Shown: positions 17,101 through 28,829 of the stretch, in pieces | How the letters are laid out: each line of letters opens with the position of its first letter | Position numbering within the stretch: position 1 is the stretch's first letter | Assembly: GCA_002269645.1 (NCBI GenBank) | Contig: NIVC01001569.1 | Location: forward strand, 1 to 64,000 | Origin: Macrostomum lignano | Taxonomy: Eukaryota | Reading direction: 5' to 3' | DNA: 64,000 nt | Position numbers and translations under genes: made by a program | The notes under the pieces: model-generated | Told to the model about the DNA's origin: nothing | Databases searched by the model: none | Seen by the model: only the letters and a program-made list of their open reading frames with translations

Positions 17101-20100
17101 ATCGCCATTGATCCCATTGAGAATCGCCACTGATCCCATTGAGAATCGCCACTGATCCCATTGAGAATCGCCCCTGATCCCATCCCATTGAGAATCGCCA
17201 CTGATCCCATTGAGAATCGCCACTGATCCCATTGAGAATCGCCACTGATCCCATTGAGAATCGCCACTGATCCCATTGAGAATCGCCATTGATCCCATTG
17301 AGAATCGCCATTGATCCCATTGAGAATCGTCACTGATCCCATTGAGAATCGCCATTGATCCCATTGAGAATCGTCACTGATCCCATTGAGAATCGCCACT
17401 GATCCCATTCAGAATCGCGATTGATCCCATTGAGAATCGCCCCTGATCTCATTGAGAATCGCCCCTGATCCCATTGAGAATCGCCACTGATCCCATTGAG
17501 AATCGCCACTGATCCCATTGAGAATCGCCACTGATCCCATTGAGAATCGCCATTGATCCCATTGAGAATCGCCCCTGATCCCATCCCATTGAGAATCGCC
17601 ACTGATCCCATTGAGAATCGCCACTGATCCCATTGAGAATCGCCATTGATCCCATTGAGAATCGCCATCTGACTTCATTAAGAATCCAGAATCCCTATAA
17701 AGTACATTATGACTATAACTTATCCAGGCTGCGCCTATGCCAAGGCGTGCTCACGGTGGCGGGTTTCTGCTCCCTAGGCGATGTGACACCAGCTGACACG
17801 GCTGACTGGCGAGTCGAACCGGCCCCGCCGACGGCAACATCCTCAGCAGCCACCGCCGCCGCTGCAACCTCATCGCCGCAGCACAAGTTGCACCGAGACG
17901 TGGCTGCCAAGCAGTTGACGCTGCTTCTGCCGCCGCTGCACCAGCTGCTTCAACGAGAATCGGCCGCGGTAGCTCGCTGGGCCGGCAGCGACCTGAACCA
18001 GCTGCTCTGGCGTAGGAAAAAGAAACAACAGAGGCGGCAGCCGATGACCGATTTGTGAGTCTGTGATTTTGTTTATGGAAAATTAACTAAAAATTGCTGA
18101 ATGTTTCATAATTCAAATCCCATTTCATAATCTAAAAGCTGAAATGTCACTTTAATCATCCCAATCAAGAATCCTCATCAAAAATCCCAATCTGAAATCC
18201 AATCGATAATATCCCTATCTAAAATCACATAGATAATATCCCTATTTGAAATCCCATCGATAATATCCCTATTTGAAATCCCATCGATAATATCCCTATC
18301 TGAAATCCCATCGATAATATCCCTATCTGAAATCCCATCGATAATATCCCTATCTGAAATCACATCGATAATATCCCTATCTGAAATCCCATCGATAATA
18401 TTCCTATCTGAAATCCCATCGATAATATCCCTATCTGAAATCCCATCGATAATATCCCTATCTGAAATCCCATCGATAATATCCCTATTTGAAATCCCAT
18501 CGATAATATCCCTATCTGAAATCCCATCGATAATATCCCTATCTGAAATCCCATCGATAATATCCCAATCTGAAATCCCATCGATAATATCCCTATCTGA
18601 AATCACATCGATAATATCCCTATTTGAATTCGCCATGATCCAGGTCCCGCTGCCTGGAGCCGGAGCCGCCGGTCAATCAAATCCCACCTGAGGAGCAGTG
18701 CACCAGATGCGGCAGCCCAATATTTAGCATGCACCTGGCCTGCCTAGAATGCGGCTACAGTCTCTGTCTGACGTGCTCAAATTCCCTAGCTAACTATCCC
18801 GACCAGCAGCCTCAGCAGCAGCAGCAATTCAGCGAGGACTGCCCCTCTTGGCGGCACTGCCCAGACCGCATGAAACCAGTTTGCCTTATGCGGCCGGACT
18901 ATCTGGCTAATCTGGCTCGAGCTGCCGATCAGTTAGCAGAGGATCTGGTGGCTAAAAATCCTCATTCCGACCCGGGGGCCACTGATGAAGCTGGCAATGT
19001 TGACAGCAGCAAGCCTGGGGATTGCGCTGTGCGATTGTCCGTGCCTTTAGCCTCGCTTGCCGACTTTCAAACTCGTTGGATTAAGCGGCTGCCGATTGTG
19101 CTAACAGGATGCCTGAAGCCTGCGAACAGCGGTGCCGAGTAAGTAAAAGAGGGACATCTCGTACTTTATTAACTGGTACAAATATATAAAGAGCAGATAC
19201 ACCTGAAGGGACAGGGGAAGAGGGAGTGCACAGGGAGAGGGGAAGAGGGGGTGCACAGGGAGAGGGGAAGAGGGAGTGCACAGATAGAGGGGAAGAGAGA
19301 GTGCACAGGGAGAGGGGAAGAGGGAGTGCACAGGGAGAGGGGAAGAGGGGGTGCACAGGGAGAGGGGAAGAGGGAGTGCACAGATAGAGGGGAAGAGAGA
19401 GTGCACAGGGAGAGGGGAAGAGGGGGTGCACAGGGAGAGGGGAAGAGGGAGTGCACAGATAGAGGGGAAGAGAGAGTGCACAGGGAGAGGGGAAGAGGGA
19501 GTGCACAGGGAGAGGGGAAGAGGGAGTGCACAGGGAGAAGGCAAGAGGGAGTGCACAGGGAGAGAGGAAGAGGGAGTGCACAGGGAGATCGAAGAAGAGG
19601 GAGTGCTCAGGGAGAGGGGAAGAGGGAGTGCACAGGGAGAGGGGAAGAGGGAGTGCACAGGGAGAGGGGAAGAGGGAGTGCACAGGGAGAGGGGAAGAGG
19701 GAGTGCACAGGGAGAGGGGAAGAGGTGGTGCACAGAGGGAGAGAGGAGAAGAGGGGTGCACAGGGAGAGAGGGGAAGAGGGGTGCACAGGGAGAGGGGAA
19801 GAGGGAGTGCACAGGGAGAGGGGAAGAGGGAGTGCACAGGGAGAGGGGAAGAGGTGGTGCACAGAGGGAGAGAGGAGAAGAGGGGTGCACAGGGAGAGAG
19901 GGGAAGAGGGAGTGCACAGGGAGAGGGGAAGAGGTGGTGCACAGAAGGAGAGAGGAGAAGAGGGTGCACAGGGAGAGGGGAAGAGGTGGTGCACAGAGGG
20001 AGAGAGGAGAAGAGGGGTGCACAGGGAGAGAGGGGAAGAGGGAGTGCACAGGGAGAGGGGAAGAGGGAGTGCACAGGGAGAGGGGAAGAGGGAGTGCACA

Positions 20101-23100
20101 GGGAGAGAGGGGAAGAGGGAGTGCACAGGGAGAGAGGAGAAGAGGGGTGCACAGGGAGAGAGGGGAAGAGGGAGTGCACAGGGAGAGGGGAAGAGGGAGT
20201 GCACAGGGAGAGGGGAAGAGGGAGTGCACAGATAGAGGGGAAGAGAGAGTGCACAGGGAGAGGGGAAGAGGGAGTGCACAGGGAGAGGGGAAGAGGGGTG
20301 CACAGGGAGAGGGAAGAGGGAGTGCACAGATAGAGGGGAAGAGAGAGTGCACAGGGAGAGGGGAAGAGGGGTGCACAGGGAGAGGGGAAGAGGGAGTGCA
20401 CAGATAGAGGGGAAGAGAGAGTGCACAGGGAGAGGGGAAGAGGGAGTGCACAGGGAGAGGGGAAGAGGGAGTGCACAGGGAGAAGGCAAGAGGGAGTGCA
20501 CAGGGAGAGAGGAAGAGGGAGTGCACAGGGAGATCGAAGAAGAGGGAGTGCTCAGGGAGAGGGGAAGAGGGAGTGCACAGGGAGAGGGGAAGAGGGAGTG
20601 CACAGGGAGAGGGGAAGAGGGAGTGCACAGGGAGAGGGGAAGAGGGAGTGCACAGGGAGAGGGGAAGAGGTGGTGCACAGAGGGAGAGAGGAGAAGAGGG
20701 GTGCACAGGGAGAGAGGGAAGAGGGGTGCACAGGGAGAGGGGAAGAGGGAGTGCACAGGGAGAGGGGAAGAGGGAGTGCACAGGGAGAGGGGAAGAGGTG
20801 GTGCACAGAGGGAGAGAGGAGAAGAGGGGTGCACAGGGAGAGAGGGGAAGAGGGAGTGCACAGGGAGAGGGAAGAGGTGGTGCACAGAGGGAGAGAGGAG
20901 AAGAGGGGTGCACAGGGAGAGGGGAAGAGGTGGTGCACAGAGGGAGAGAGGAGAAGAGGGGTGCACAGGGAGAGAGGGGAAGAGGGAGTGCACAGGGAGA
21001 GGGGAAGAGGGAGTGCACAGGGAGAGGGGAAGAGGGAGTGCACAGGGAGAGGGGAAGAGGGAGTGCACAGGGAGAGAGGGGAAGAGGGAGTGCACAGGGA
21101 GAGAGGAGAAGAGGGGTGCACAGGGAGAGAGGGGAAGAGGGAGTGCACAGGGAGAGGGGAAGAGGGAGTGCACAGGGAGAGGGGAAGAGGGAGTGCACAG
21201 GGAGAGGGGAAGAGGGAGTGCACAGGGAGAGGGGAAGAGGGAGTGCACAGGGAGAGGGGAAGAGGGTGCACAGGGAGAGGGGAAGAGGGAGTGCACAGGG
21301 AGAGGGGAAGAGGGGTGCACAGGGAGAGGGGAAGAGGGAGTGCACAGGGAGAGGGGAAGAGGGAGTGCACAGGGAGAGGGGAAGAGGTGGTGCACAGAGG
21401 GAGAGAGGAGAAGAGGGGTGCACAGGGAGAGAGGGGAAGAGGGGTGCACAGGGAGAGGGGAAGAGGGAGTGCACAGGGAGAGGGGAAGAGGGAGTGCACA
21501 GGGAGAGGGGAAGAGGTGGTGCACAGAGGGAGAGAGGAGAAGAGGGGTGCACAGGGAGAGAGGGGAAGAGGGAGTGCACAGGGAGAGGGGAAGAGGTGGT
21601 GCACAGAGGGAGAGAGGAGAAGAGGGGTGCACAGGGAGAGGGGAAGAGGTGGTGCACAGAGGGAGAGAGGAGAAGAGGGGTGCACAGGGAGAGAGGGGAA
21701 GAGGGAGTGCACAGGGAGAGGGGAAGAGGGAGTGCACAGGGAGAGGGAAGAGGGAGTGCACAGGGAGAGAGGGGAAGAGGGAGTGCACAGGGAGAGAGGA
21801 GAAGAGGGGTGCACAGGGAGAGAGGGGAAGAGGGAGTGCACAGGGAGAGGGGAAGAGGGAGTGCACAGGGAGAGGGGAAGAGGGAGTGCACAGGGAGAGG
21901 GGAAGAGGGGTGCACAGGGAGAGGGGAAGAGGGAGTGCACAGGGAGAGGGGAAGAGGGGTGCACAGGGAGAGGGGAAGAGGGAGTGCACAGGGAGAGGGG
22001 AAGAGGGAGTGCACAGGGAGAGGGGAAGAGGGGTGCACAGGGAGAGGGGAAGAGGGAGTGCACAGGGAGAGGGCAAGAGAGAGTGCACAGGGAGAGGGGA
22101 AGAGGGAGTGCACAGGGAGAGGGGAAGAGGGAGTGCACAGGGAGAGGGGAAGAGGGAGTGCACAGGGAGAGGGGAAGAGGGAGTGCACAGGGAGAGGGGA
22201 AGAGGGAGTGCACAGGGAGAGGGGAAGAGGGAGTGCACAGGGAGAGGGGAAGAGGGAGTGCACAGGGAGAGGGGATTAGAAATTAGCCGACTAAACTTGA
22301 ACTATAATATTGCTGGCACTATGTACCGCCAACAGCAGTGGGGAGTCGCTGTGTCTCCCAAACAGCAGCGCCAGCAGCCAGCCTCGCCAGTGTTTCAACT
22401 CCGCTCTGATCGACTGCATCAGCGGCGCGCCCGTGACTCCACCTACTGGCCAGACAGCCGAGACCACTTTCTGGTGCTACAGCTCTAATGAGGAGGCCGG
22501 CACAGCCGCCAGGCTGCGACTGATACAGTGGCCAGCGCCGAGCGACGCTGAAGCCCTGCTGAAACAGCTGGTGCCCGATTATATCAGGTTGGTTGCTAGG
22601 GCTCCAGTAGGTTAATGACCGACTGCTTAAGTAGCTTTATGATCACGACTGACCCCAGTAGCTTTATGACCCCGACCCCAGTAGCTTTATGACCCCGACT
22701 GACCCCAGTAGCTTTATGACCCCGACTAACTCCATCGGATTTATGAATTGGTTGCTTTAGTATTAGTACCTTTACTGACGGTGTGGACAGAAAAACCTAG
22801 CAGAGATAAGTGGCCCATCTAAATTAATGGCTTCATAAACAAAGTACCCATGCTACCACACGCCAACCACCACCGACATCTGCCCAGTCCGCATGGCTGC
22901 TTCAACATGGCTTTGCGCAAGTTTCAAACAGCCTCCAGATTGGTTAGTGGGCACCGCGGAAGCGACTGCTATCTGCGCATCGCCTCCCGCGACATTGTCA
23001 GTCTGGCCCTGCTGCCTCCGTCAGCCTCGAGCGTCTCGGATGACCAGCCAGTTGCAGCTGTGTGGCACGTGTTCCATAGCGAGTCACTGCGCCAGCTCAA

Positions 23101-24918
23101 TGAACAAATATACCAGTTGGAGCTGCAGACTGTCAGGTACGACCTATCGTCTCTGACTTCGCTTCATTTAGGGACCTGACACCTGTGATTGCTTGATTTA
23201 GGGACCTGGCACCTGTGATTGCTTGATTTAGGGACCTGGCACCTGTGATTGCTTGATTTAGGGACCTGGCACCTGTGATTGCTTGATTTAGGGACCTGGC
23301 ACCTGTGATTGCTTGATATTTAGGGACCTGACACCTTTATTTGCTTGATAATTAGGGACCTGACACTTGTGATTGCTTGATATTCAGGGACCTGACACCT
23401 GTGATTGCTTGATTTAGGGACCTTGCACCTGTGATTGCTTGATATTTAGGGACCTGACACCGGTCATAATTTAGCTAGATTTAGGGACCTGACAACTGTG
23501 ATTGCTTGATAATTAGGAACCTGACAACTGTCATAGCCCGATTTAGGGACCTGACACCTGTGATTGCTTGATATTTAGGAACCTGACACCTGCAATTGCT
23601 TGATATTTAGGAACCTGACACCTGTGATTGCTTGATAATTAGGGACCTGACAACTGTGATTGCTTGATAATTAGGAACCTGACACCGGTCATAATTTAGC
23701 TAGATTTAGGGACCTAACGCCTGTCATAGCTAGATTTAGGGACCTGACGCCTGTCATAGCCCGATTTAGGGACCTGACACCTGTGATTGCTTGATATTTA
23801 GGAACCTGAAACTTTTAATTGCTTGATAATTAGGAACCTGACACCGGTCATAGCCCGATTTAGGGACCTGACACCTCTAATTGCTTGATATTTAGGGACC
23901 TGACACCTGACACCTGTCATAGCTTGATTTAGGGACCTAACACTTGATCATAGCTTGATTTAGGGACCTGACACTTGATCATAGCTTGATTTAGGGACCT
24001 GACACTTGATCATAGCTTGATTTAGGGACCTGACACTTGATCATAGCTTGATTTAGAGACCTAACACTGGATCATAGCTTGATTTAGAGACCTAACACCT
24101 GTAACTTGACATGGATCTGATTCACCAATTTGACCTATTATGAGCCATTCTGCTCACCGTTAACCCCCCCCCCTTCATACTATTCAGATATCTGGACGAC
24201 TTAAGTCTGACTCGACTGGCTGGCGTAGCTCCGCTGCAGCCGCCGCCAATTGTGCTGCGCCAGCGCTGCGGCGAGGCGGTGCTGCTGCCTGCGGGATGCG
24301 CCTTTCAGGTTCGTCCATGTAGTTTCTTTTGCTGGGGTGACTGGGGTAGCAGATGCAGACTCGCGGATACTGATGGAGCGGAGATGCATATTCAAGGATA
24401 TTGATTGATTGGGCAGATGTGCAACCGATAGCACAGCCGCAGCTATTGCGCCGCGCATCTGAAGGCTGCGTACGGCTGTTCAGTCCAAGGACTGGGGGGC
24501 GGGGGGGGGTCGCCACACACACCTTCAATTACCCCAGCTAATGCTGGCACCCATTTTACAGCTGGGTGAACTGAAGCAATGCAGAGTTCAGTGTCTTGCT
24601 CATGGACTTGTTCGAAGTGGGTCGTGAATCGAACCCCCGACCTTTCAGTCGTGAGTCCGACTCTCTAGCCTAGTACAACCCCCTCCCCTCTCTAAGGATA
24701 CTGAGTTTATCCTAATCGATATCACACCTCTTCAAACCCATTCTGTCCCGCAGTTCCGCTTCGAGATGACGGGCACCCAGGCTCAGACGGATTTCAGCAG
24801 CGCAGAGTCCATGGCGCAGTGCCTGGCCAGCAATTGGACGGGCGTGCTAGCGCACGACGACTGCCTGGAGATGAGCCTGTTCCAGCGGGTTCGCCTCTGC
24901 ATTTCCAGCCTTGAGTGA
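11108..24918 (+). CDS. KDM3/JMJD1/Hairless-family zinc-finger + JmjC protein, predicted catalytically inactive
   Basis: Exons 11108-11913, 13397(or 13400; or 11987)-13664, 15249-15462, 15610-15781, 17728-18054, 18644-19138, 22336(or 22339)-22587, 22888-23136, 24188-24308, 24754-24918; all junctions phase-consistent. KDM3-like motifs: LQGNTC...LCRDCR...CRFKEFRK|LRL...LTVAGF; C6 finger EQCTRCGSPIFSMHLACLECGYSLCLTC; FQTRWIKRLPIVLTG; LIDC...TFW; LRLIQWP; LVPDYI|SPHGCFNMA; AAVWHVF; YLD...LRQRCGEAVLLPAGCAFQ; TDFSSAE...HDDCLE. Long Q/H/P-rich N-terminus. Confidence 0.88.
11970..13406. repeat. About 52-bp C-rich minisatellite containing a 3' splice site in every unit
   Basis: About 28 copies of ATTCACTGTCCTCAGCAGCTCCCCACCCTCATCCGCCCCTTATCCGCCCC. 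Confidence 0.92.
13905..15085. repeat. 59-bp minisatellite, intronic
   Basis: About 19 near-identical copies of ATTAGCCCACCTGGGAATGTGTATAAAGACTCAGCTATTAGAGTAGCTGTAAAAGTGTC; no spacers. Confidence 0.93.
15849..17668. repeat. 22-bp minisatellite (GATCCCATTGAGAATCGCC[AC][CT]T) with higher-order duplication
   Basis: About 80 copies filling intron 15782-17727. Confidence 0.95.
18185..18625. repeat. 27-bp minisatellite (GAAATCCCATCGATAATATCCCTATCT)
   Basis: About 16 copies in intron 18055-18643. Confidence 0.92.
19208..22273. repeat. About 25-bp polypurine minisatellite (GTGCACAGGGAGAGGGGAAGAGGGA), about 3 kb
   Basis: Fills intron 19139-22335; source of the spurious 600-1060 aa ORFs. Confidence 0.95.
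23165..24105. repeat. About 30-32-bp minisatellite (GATTTAGGGACCTGACACCTGTGATTGCTT)
   Basis: Fills intron 23137-24187; a separate short 27-bp array lies at about 22625-22745. Confidence 0.88.
24420..24670 (-). mobile_element. tRNA-derived SINE, family A, copy 2 (last intron of the KDM3-like gene)
   Basis: Close homology to 3786-4046 over about 250 bp. Confidence 0.75.
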
Positions 24919-25077
24919 CCCGGCCTCACCTGTGCGCTTGCGACCACTAAAGCTTATTTATCGTGAGAGATGGTGACGATATTGTGACTTTAAACAATTT
25001 TATTGTTTCAGAATGATTAACCATTTGATTTTTAACCGTGCTGACTTTGAGGCGTTGGGCGTCACAACCAAAAGCCC

Positions 25078-25520
25078 GTATCTCACCCCACTTCCCTCAG
25101 ATTCTCACCCCACTTTTCTCATAATCTCACCCCAGTTACCTCAGAATCTCACCCCACTTCTCTCATAATCTCACCCCAGTTACCTCATATTCTCACCCCA
25201 CTTCTCTCATAATCTCACCCCAGTTCCCTCAGAATCTCACCCTACATCCATCAGAATCTCACTCCACTTCCCTTAGAATATCACCCTACTTCTCTTGGAA
25301 TCTCATCCCACATCTATCAGAATCCCTCCCCATTTTTTGAGAATCTCACTCCACTCCCTTATTATCTCACCCTACTTCTCTTGGAATCTCACCCCATTTC
25401 CCTTATAATCTCACCCCACTTCTCTTAAAATCTCACCCCAAGTCTCTCATTATCTCACCCCATTTCCCTCAGAATCTCACCCCACATCTGTCAGAATCTT
25501 ACCCTACTCTCACTATCTCT
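25078..25520. repeat. About 30-bp degenerate minisatellite (ATCTCACCCCACTTC...)
   Basis: Downstream of the KDM3-like stop codon. Confidence 0.75.
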
Positions 25521-27662
25521 CAGTTACATGTAGCTATTTTACATGTATGTCACCAAAGTAAAATTTTAACATGAGATCCTTAGACAACTGGTGGTTATAA
25601 AACGTGGCATTTCTTTTTTTAAGTACAAAATGAGTATTCTTATATTCTACATAATTCGTTCATTCGAGTTGAGTGCTTATTACTCGTGTGATGAATCCGA
25701 CAAGCCAAAAGTATGCTCAACTCAAAGCACTTGACACACATGATCTATTTCTCATTTACCGACGTAATTATTTTTTTGTTCATTTCTCTTTATTGATCTA
25801 GCGACTGAAATCCATTGGTTTTTTGGTAAGTTATTTTAGCCAGCTGCTGCAACTGCAGAACTGGGACAGCATTTACTGCTTCACTGCTTACTCGATTTTC
25901 ACCGCCAATTGGGTGGAATTAGCATTTGATTTGTCCCTCGACCAGCCGCATGCACGAGTTTAATGAGTGTTTATTAATATGTTGAATTGATCTATGACAT
26001 TGTATGCATTGACTAACTATGAATCTTAGCTACGTCTACGTGTTGTTAAGTAAACTTGCTATTTTCCAATATAAGTGTGAGGTGTTGAAACTAATGCATT
26101 TTCATATAAATTCGCATCTTCATTCTAGTTTATTTATTTTTTTTTCTGCATTGTACAGTCTCGTCGCTGGCTCTCGACCGACGCACTGTCTCGTTGCTAT
26201 AGAAAACACATGTATTGTACAGGTAAATGTACAGCTTGTGCACATGTACCATGGTACAGGATGCAATGCTGTGGATTTATGTGTCATAGATATAATTTTA
26301 GCATCCTGAATTTAACCCAAAATGTCACCCAGCAGCTTTTGTTGCCAGCTGAAAAGCTTCATCTCGAATTCGTATTTCATTAGACGTTTACAACTTCTGT
26401 AGCTGTAGGTCAGAGAGGCTCAGCAGTGTAAAGGGTGTAGGGCATGGGCGATGATATTTTACTTGATTTTGAACTCTGACTGATGCGATCCTGAAGTAAG
26501 TGTCGAATTACTTTGACTTAGGATGCCAAATGACACTGATTTTAACGCTTAAAAAACACGGACAGCCATGCAGATAAGCTCCAAAGATGAGGAACTGCAC
26601 CACGCGGTTCTCGTGTGTACTGTATATTAAATTACGTGTACCTGAAAACTGTTCAAACAGATCGACACACATGCATTTACGTACAGATAGGAGGCCGATA
26701 ACATCTTACATGTACATGTGCATGTACAAGAAGTGTACATATATTGCAGCTACAGTGGTAACGTCTCAACAAGGATCACTTTAGTACAACAGTGATGATA
26801 TTGATATGTGGCCATGCAACAACAGATCGGAGTCGCTTAGGCGGCTTGAGTGAATCAGCAGGCCGGCGCGGCGATACCGGATAGCGGTCCACGCGTCGTG
26901 ATTTTACATCCAAGCTACATATAGAACAGACACTGACAAGCATTGCTTCATTCCTTTACGGAAAAAGTTTGATGAGGCAAAGTCAATTGTGACGAAAAGT
27001 TGTAAGTTGCAGATCAAAGTCTCGCTTCAGGATCCATTTCAGCTAACTGAATGATTACAACTGTACGTGTCAAGTCAGAAAAAATATATGAATTTAGCTA
27101 AACCAAAAGCGAAGATAGAGAACAGAAAGTGGAAATCTGCATAGTTTTTGGCTTCTTTTTAATGACAAATCGTTTACATGTGGTCGACTGAAACTTTCCG
27201 GCTCGGTTTATTTTATATATCTTGTTCAAACGCAACGGCTTAGCTTGTAGGCCTATAATTTCACAGTTTATATCCGTTTTTGAAAAATAATTTGTGCAGA
27301 ACTATGTATGATTGCCAAAAATTTGTCTCGCTAGAATCTAGACCCGAGGTAGGCTAAGTAGAGGCCTTAGCCCTTAGCTTAGGCCTAGCCTTAGACTAGA
27401 CCCTAACTATATTAAAGTTTGACACTATGCTAAGCATTATAAACCATAATAGGCCTAGGCATTTAGTATTAGGTAAACTCTAGCCTCTCATAGTAGGCTT
27501 AGATGGCAAGTCTAAGGCTAATGGCTAATAAGGCATAGGCCTATGCAATATTATAAAGTTATATTCGCCAGATGCCAGCCCATTTCAAATCCCTAATCCT
27601 TTAGTAGGCCTTAGGCCTATAAAAAACAGCCTAACTAGTTATACTAGGCCTAAGCCTTTACC

Positions 27663-27773
27663 GGCTATCCTGTAGTTTCGCACGTTTAATTATTTCCGGA
27701 ATTATTTCGCCCTCTATTCAAGGGTGGTGGGGGGTGGGGGTTGGAATTAAACGTGCGAAACTACAGGTTAGCC
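27663..27773. mobile_element. Small MITE-like element
   Basis: 29-bp TIRs GGCTATCCTGTAGTTTCGCACGTTTAATT / AATTAAACGTGCGAAACTACAGGTTAGCC (1 mismatch) around about 50 bp. Confidence 0.55.
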
Positions 27774-28829
27774 CCTTTACCTAATCAATAATTTTGTATA
27801 CTATGTCTATTCTATAGGCCCTTACTCTAAATTAATTGTTCCTTTTTGCAACTAGCTTTGTTTTATATTTTCTTTATTATTATTATGAGTTTGTTTTTCC
27901 TTTTCTTTGCCTATTTTTACTTCTTTGTAGGACTAGGCCTAGCCTAGGGCTAGGCCTTAGCTAGACCCTACTATCCCCCCTCCCTACGCCCCTGGCCTAA
28001 TTATATATATAATTTTATGTATAAGTTGGCTTCTATACACTACTGAAATGATTGCAAACTGAAGCTGGCAATATTACCTTTACCCTAAGCACATATGCAT
28101 TATGTAAAATATTAATTTTAACCTAGCTTTCCTTTGGTTCACAATCATTGCTATTTGTGTTACACATTCAAATGATCATATACCAAAGCTAATATAAGCA
28201 TTATCCAACAAACTGGCACTTTCAACTCTGTATATTTTTGTTTTTTTATTTTTTTAGTTTTGAATATACCATTTTTATGCTGCAATTGAGCAAAATATAA
28301 GCTAAGGCATACATGTGCAACCTCCAATATTCAGTCAGTCGTGTGACTTAGTTTTAACAAAAATTCAACATAGTTTTTGGCCAAAAATGCAACTTACATG
28401 TAAAAAAGTCCTAAAGCAAAATTAATATAGCTTTGGGTAAATGGTAGGAGTAACTATGACTGTCTTATAAAGGCAAAAATGCCTCATCATCTACTTATTA
28501 CTTTTTAAAACAGTCTAGTTTTAATAAGTCAACTCTACTTATTACAAAGCCTTTTTGGCTAAATATAAATGCGCTAATTATTAAAAAAAGTGGCCCACAT
28601 TTATTTGAAGTTTCTTTTCTTATTTAATTTAAAAATTTAGAAAAAGAATGATTTTTTCTTCTTATGATTAACACATTTTTTACCTTTAACTTGCTGAACA
28701 GGGGGGATTTAATTGTGACTTAACATCTAAATTTAAAGCATCTCATTGAAACTTTGAATCAGATTTTCTTTGAACAAGAAATTGATCTGCAACTGAAGTG
28801 CTGGACTGATTGAAGCTACTAATTGAACG

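Noticed and set aside
15692-17678. Multiple - strand GDSQWDQWRF ORFs
   Set aside because: Artefacts of the 22-bp array.
19081-22488. 600-1060 aa ORFs on both strands
   Set aside because: Translations of a stop-free 25-bp repeat in several frames at once; the region is an intron bounded by phase-matched KDM3-like exons.
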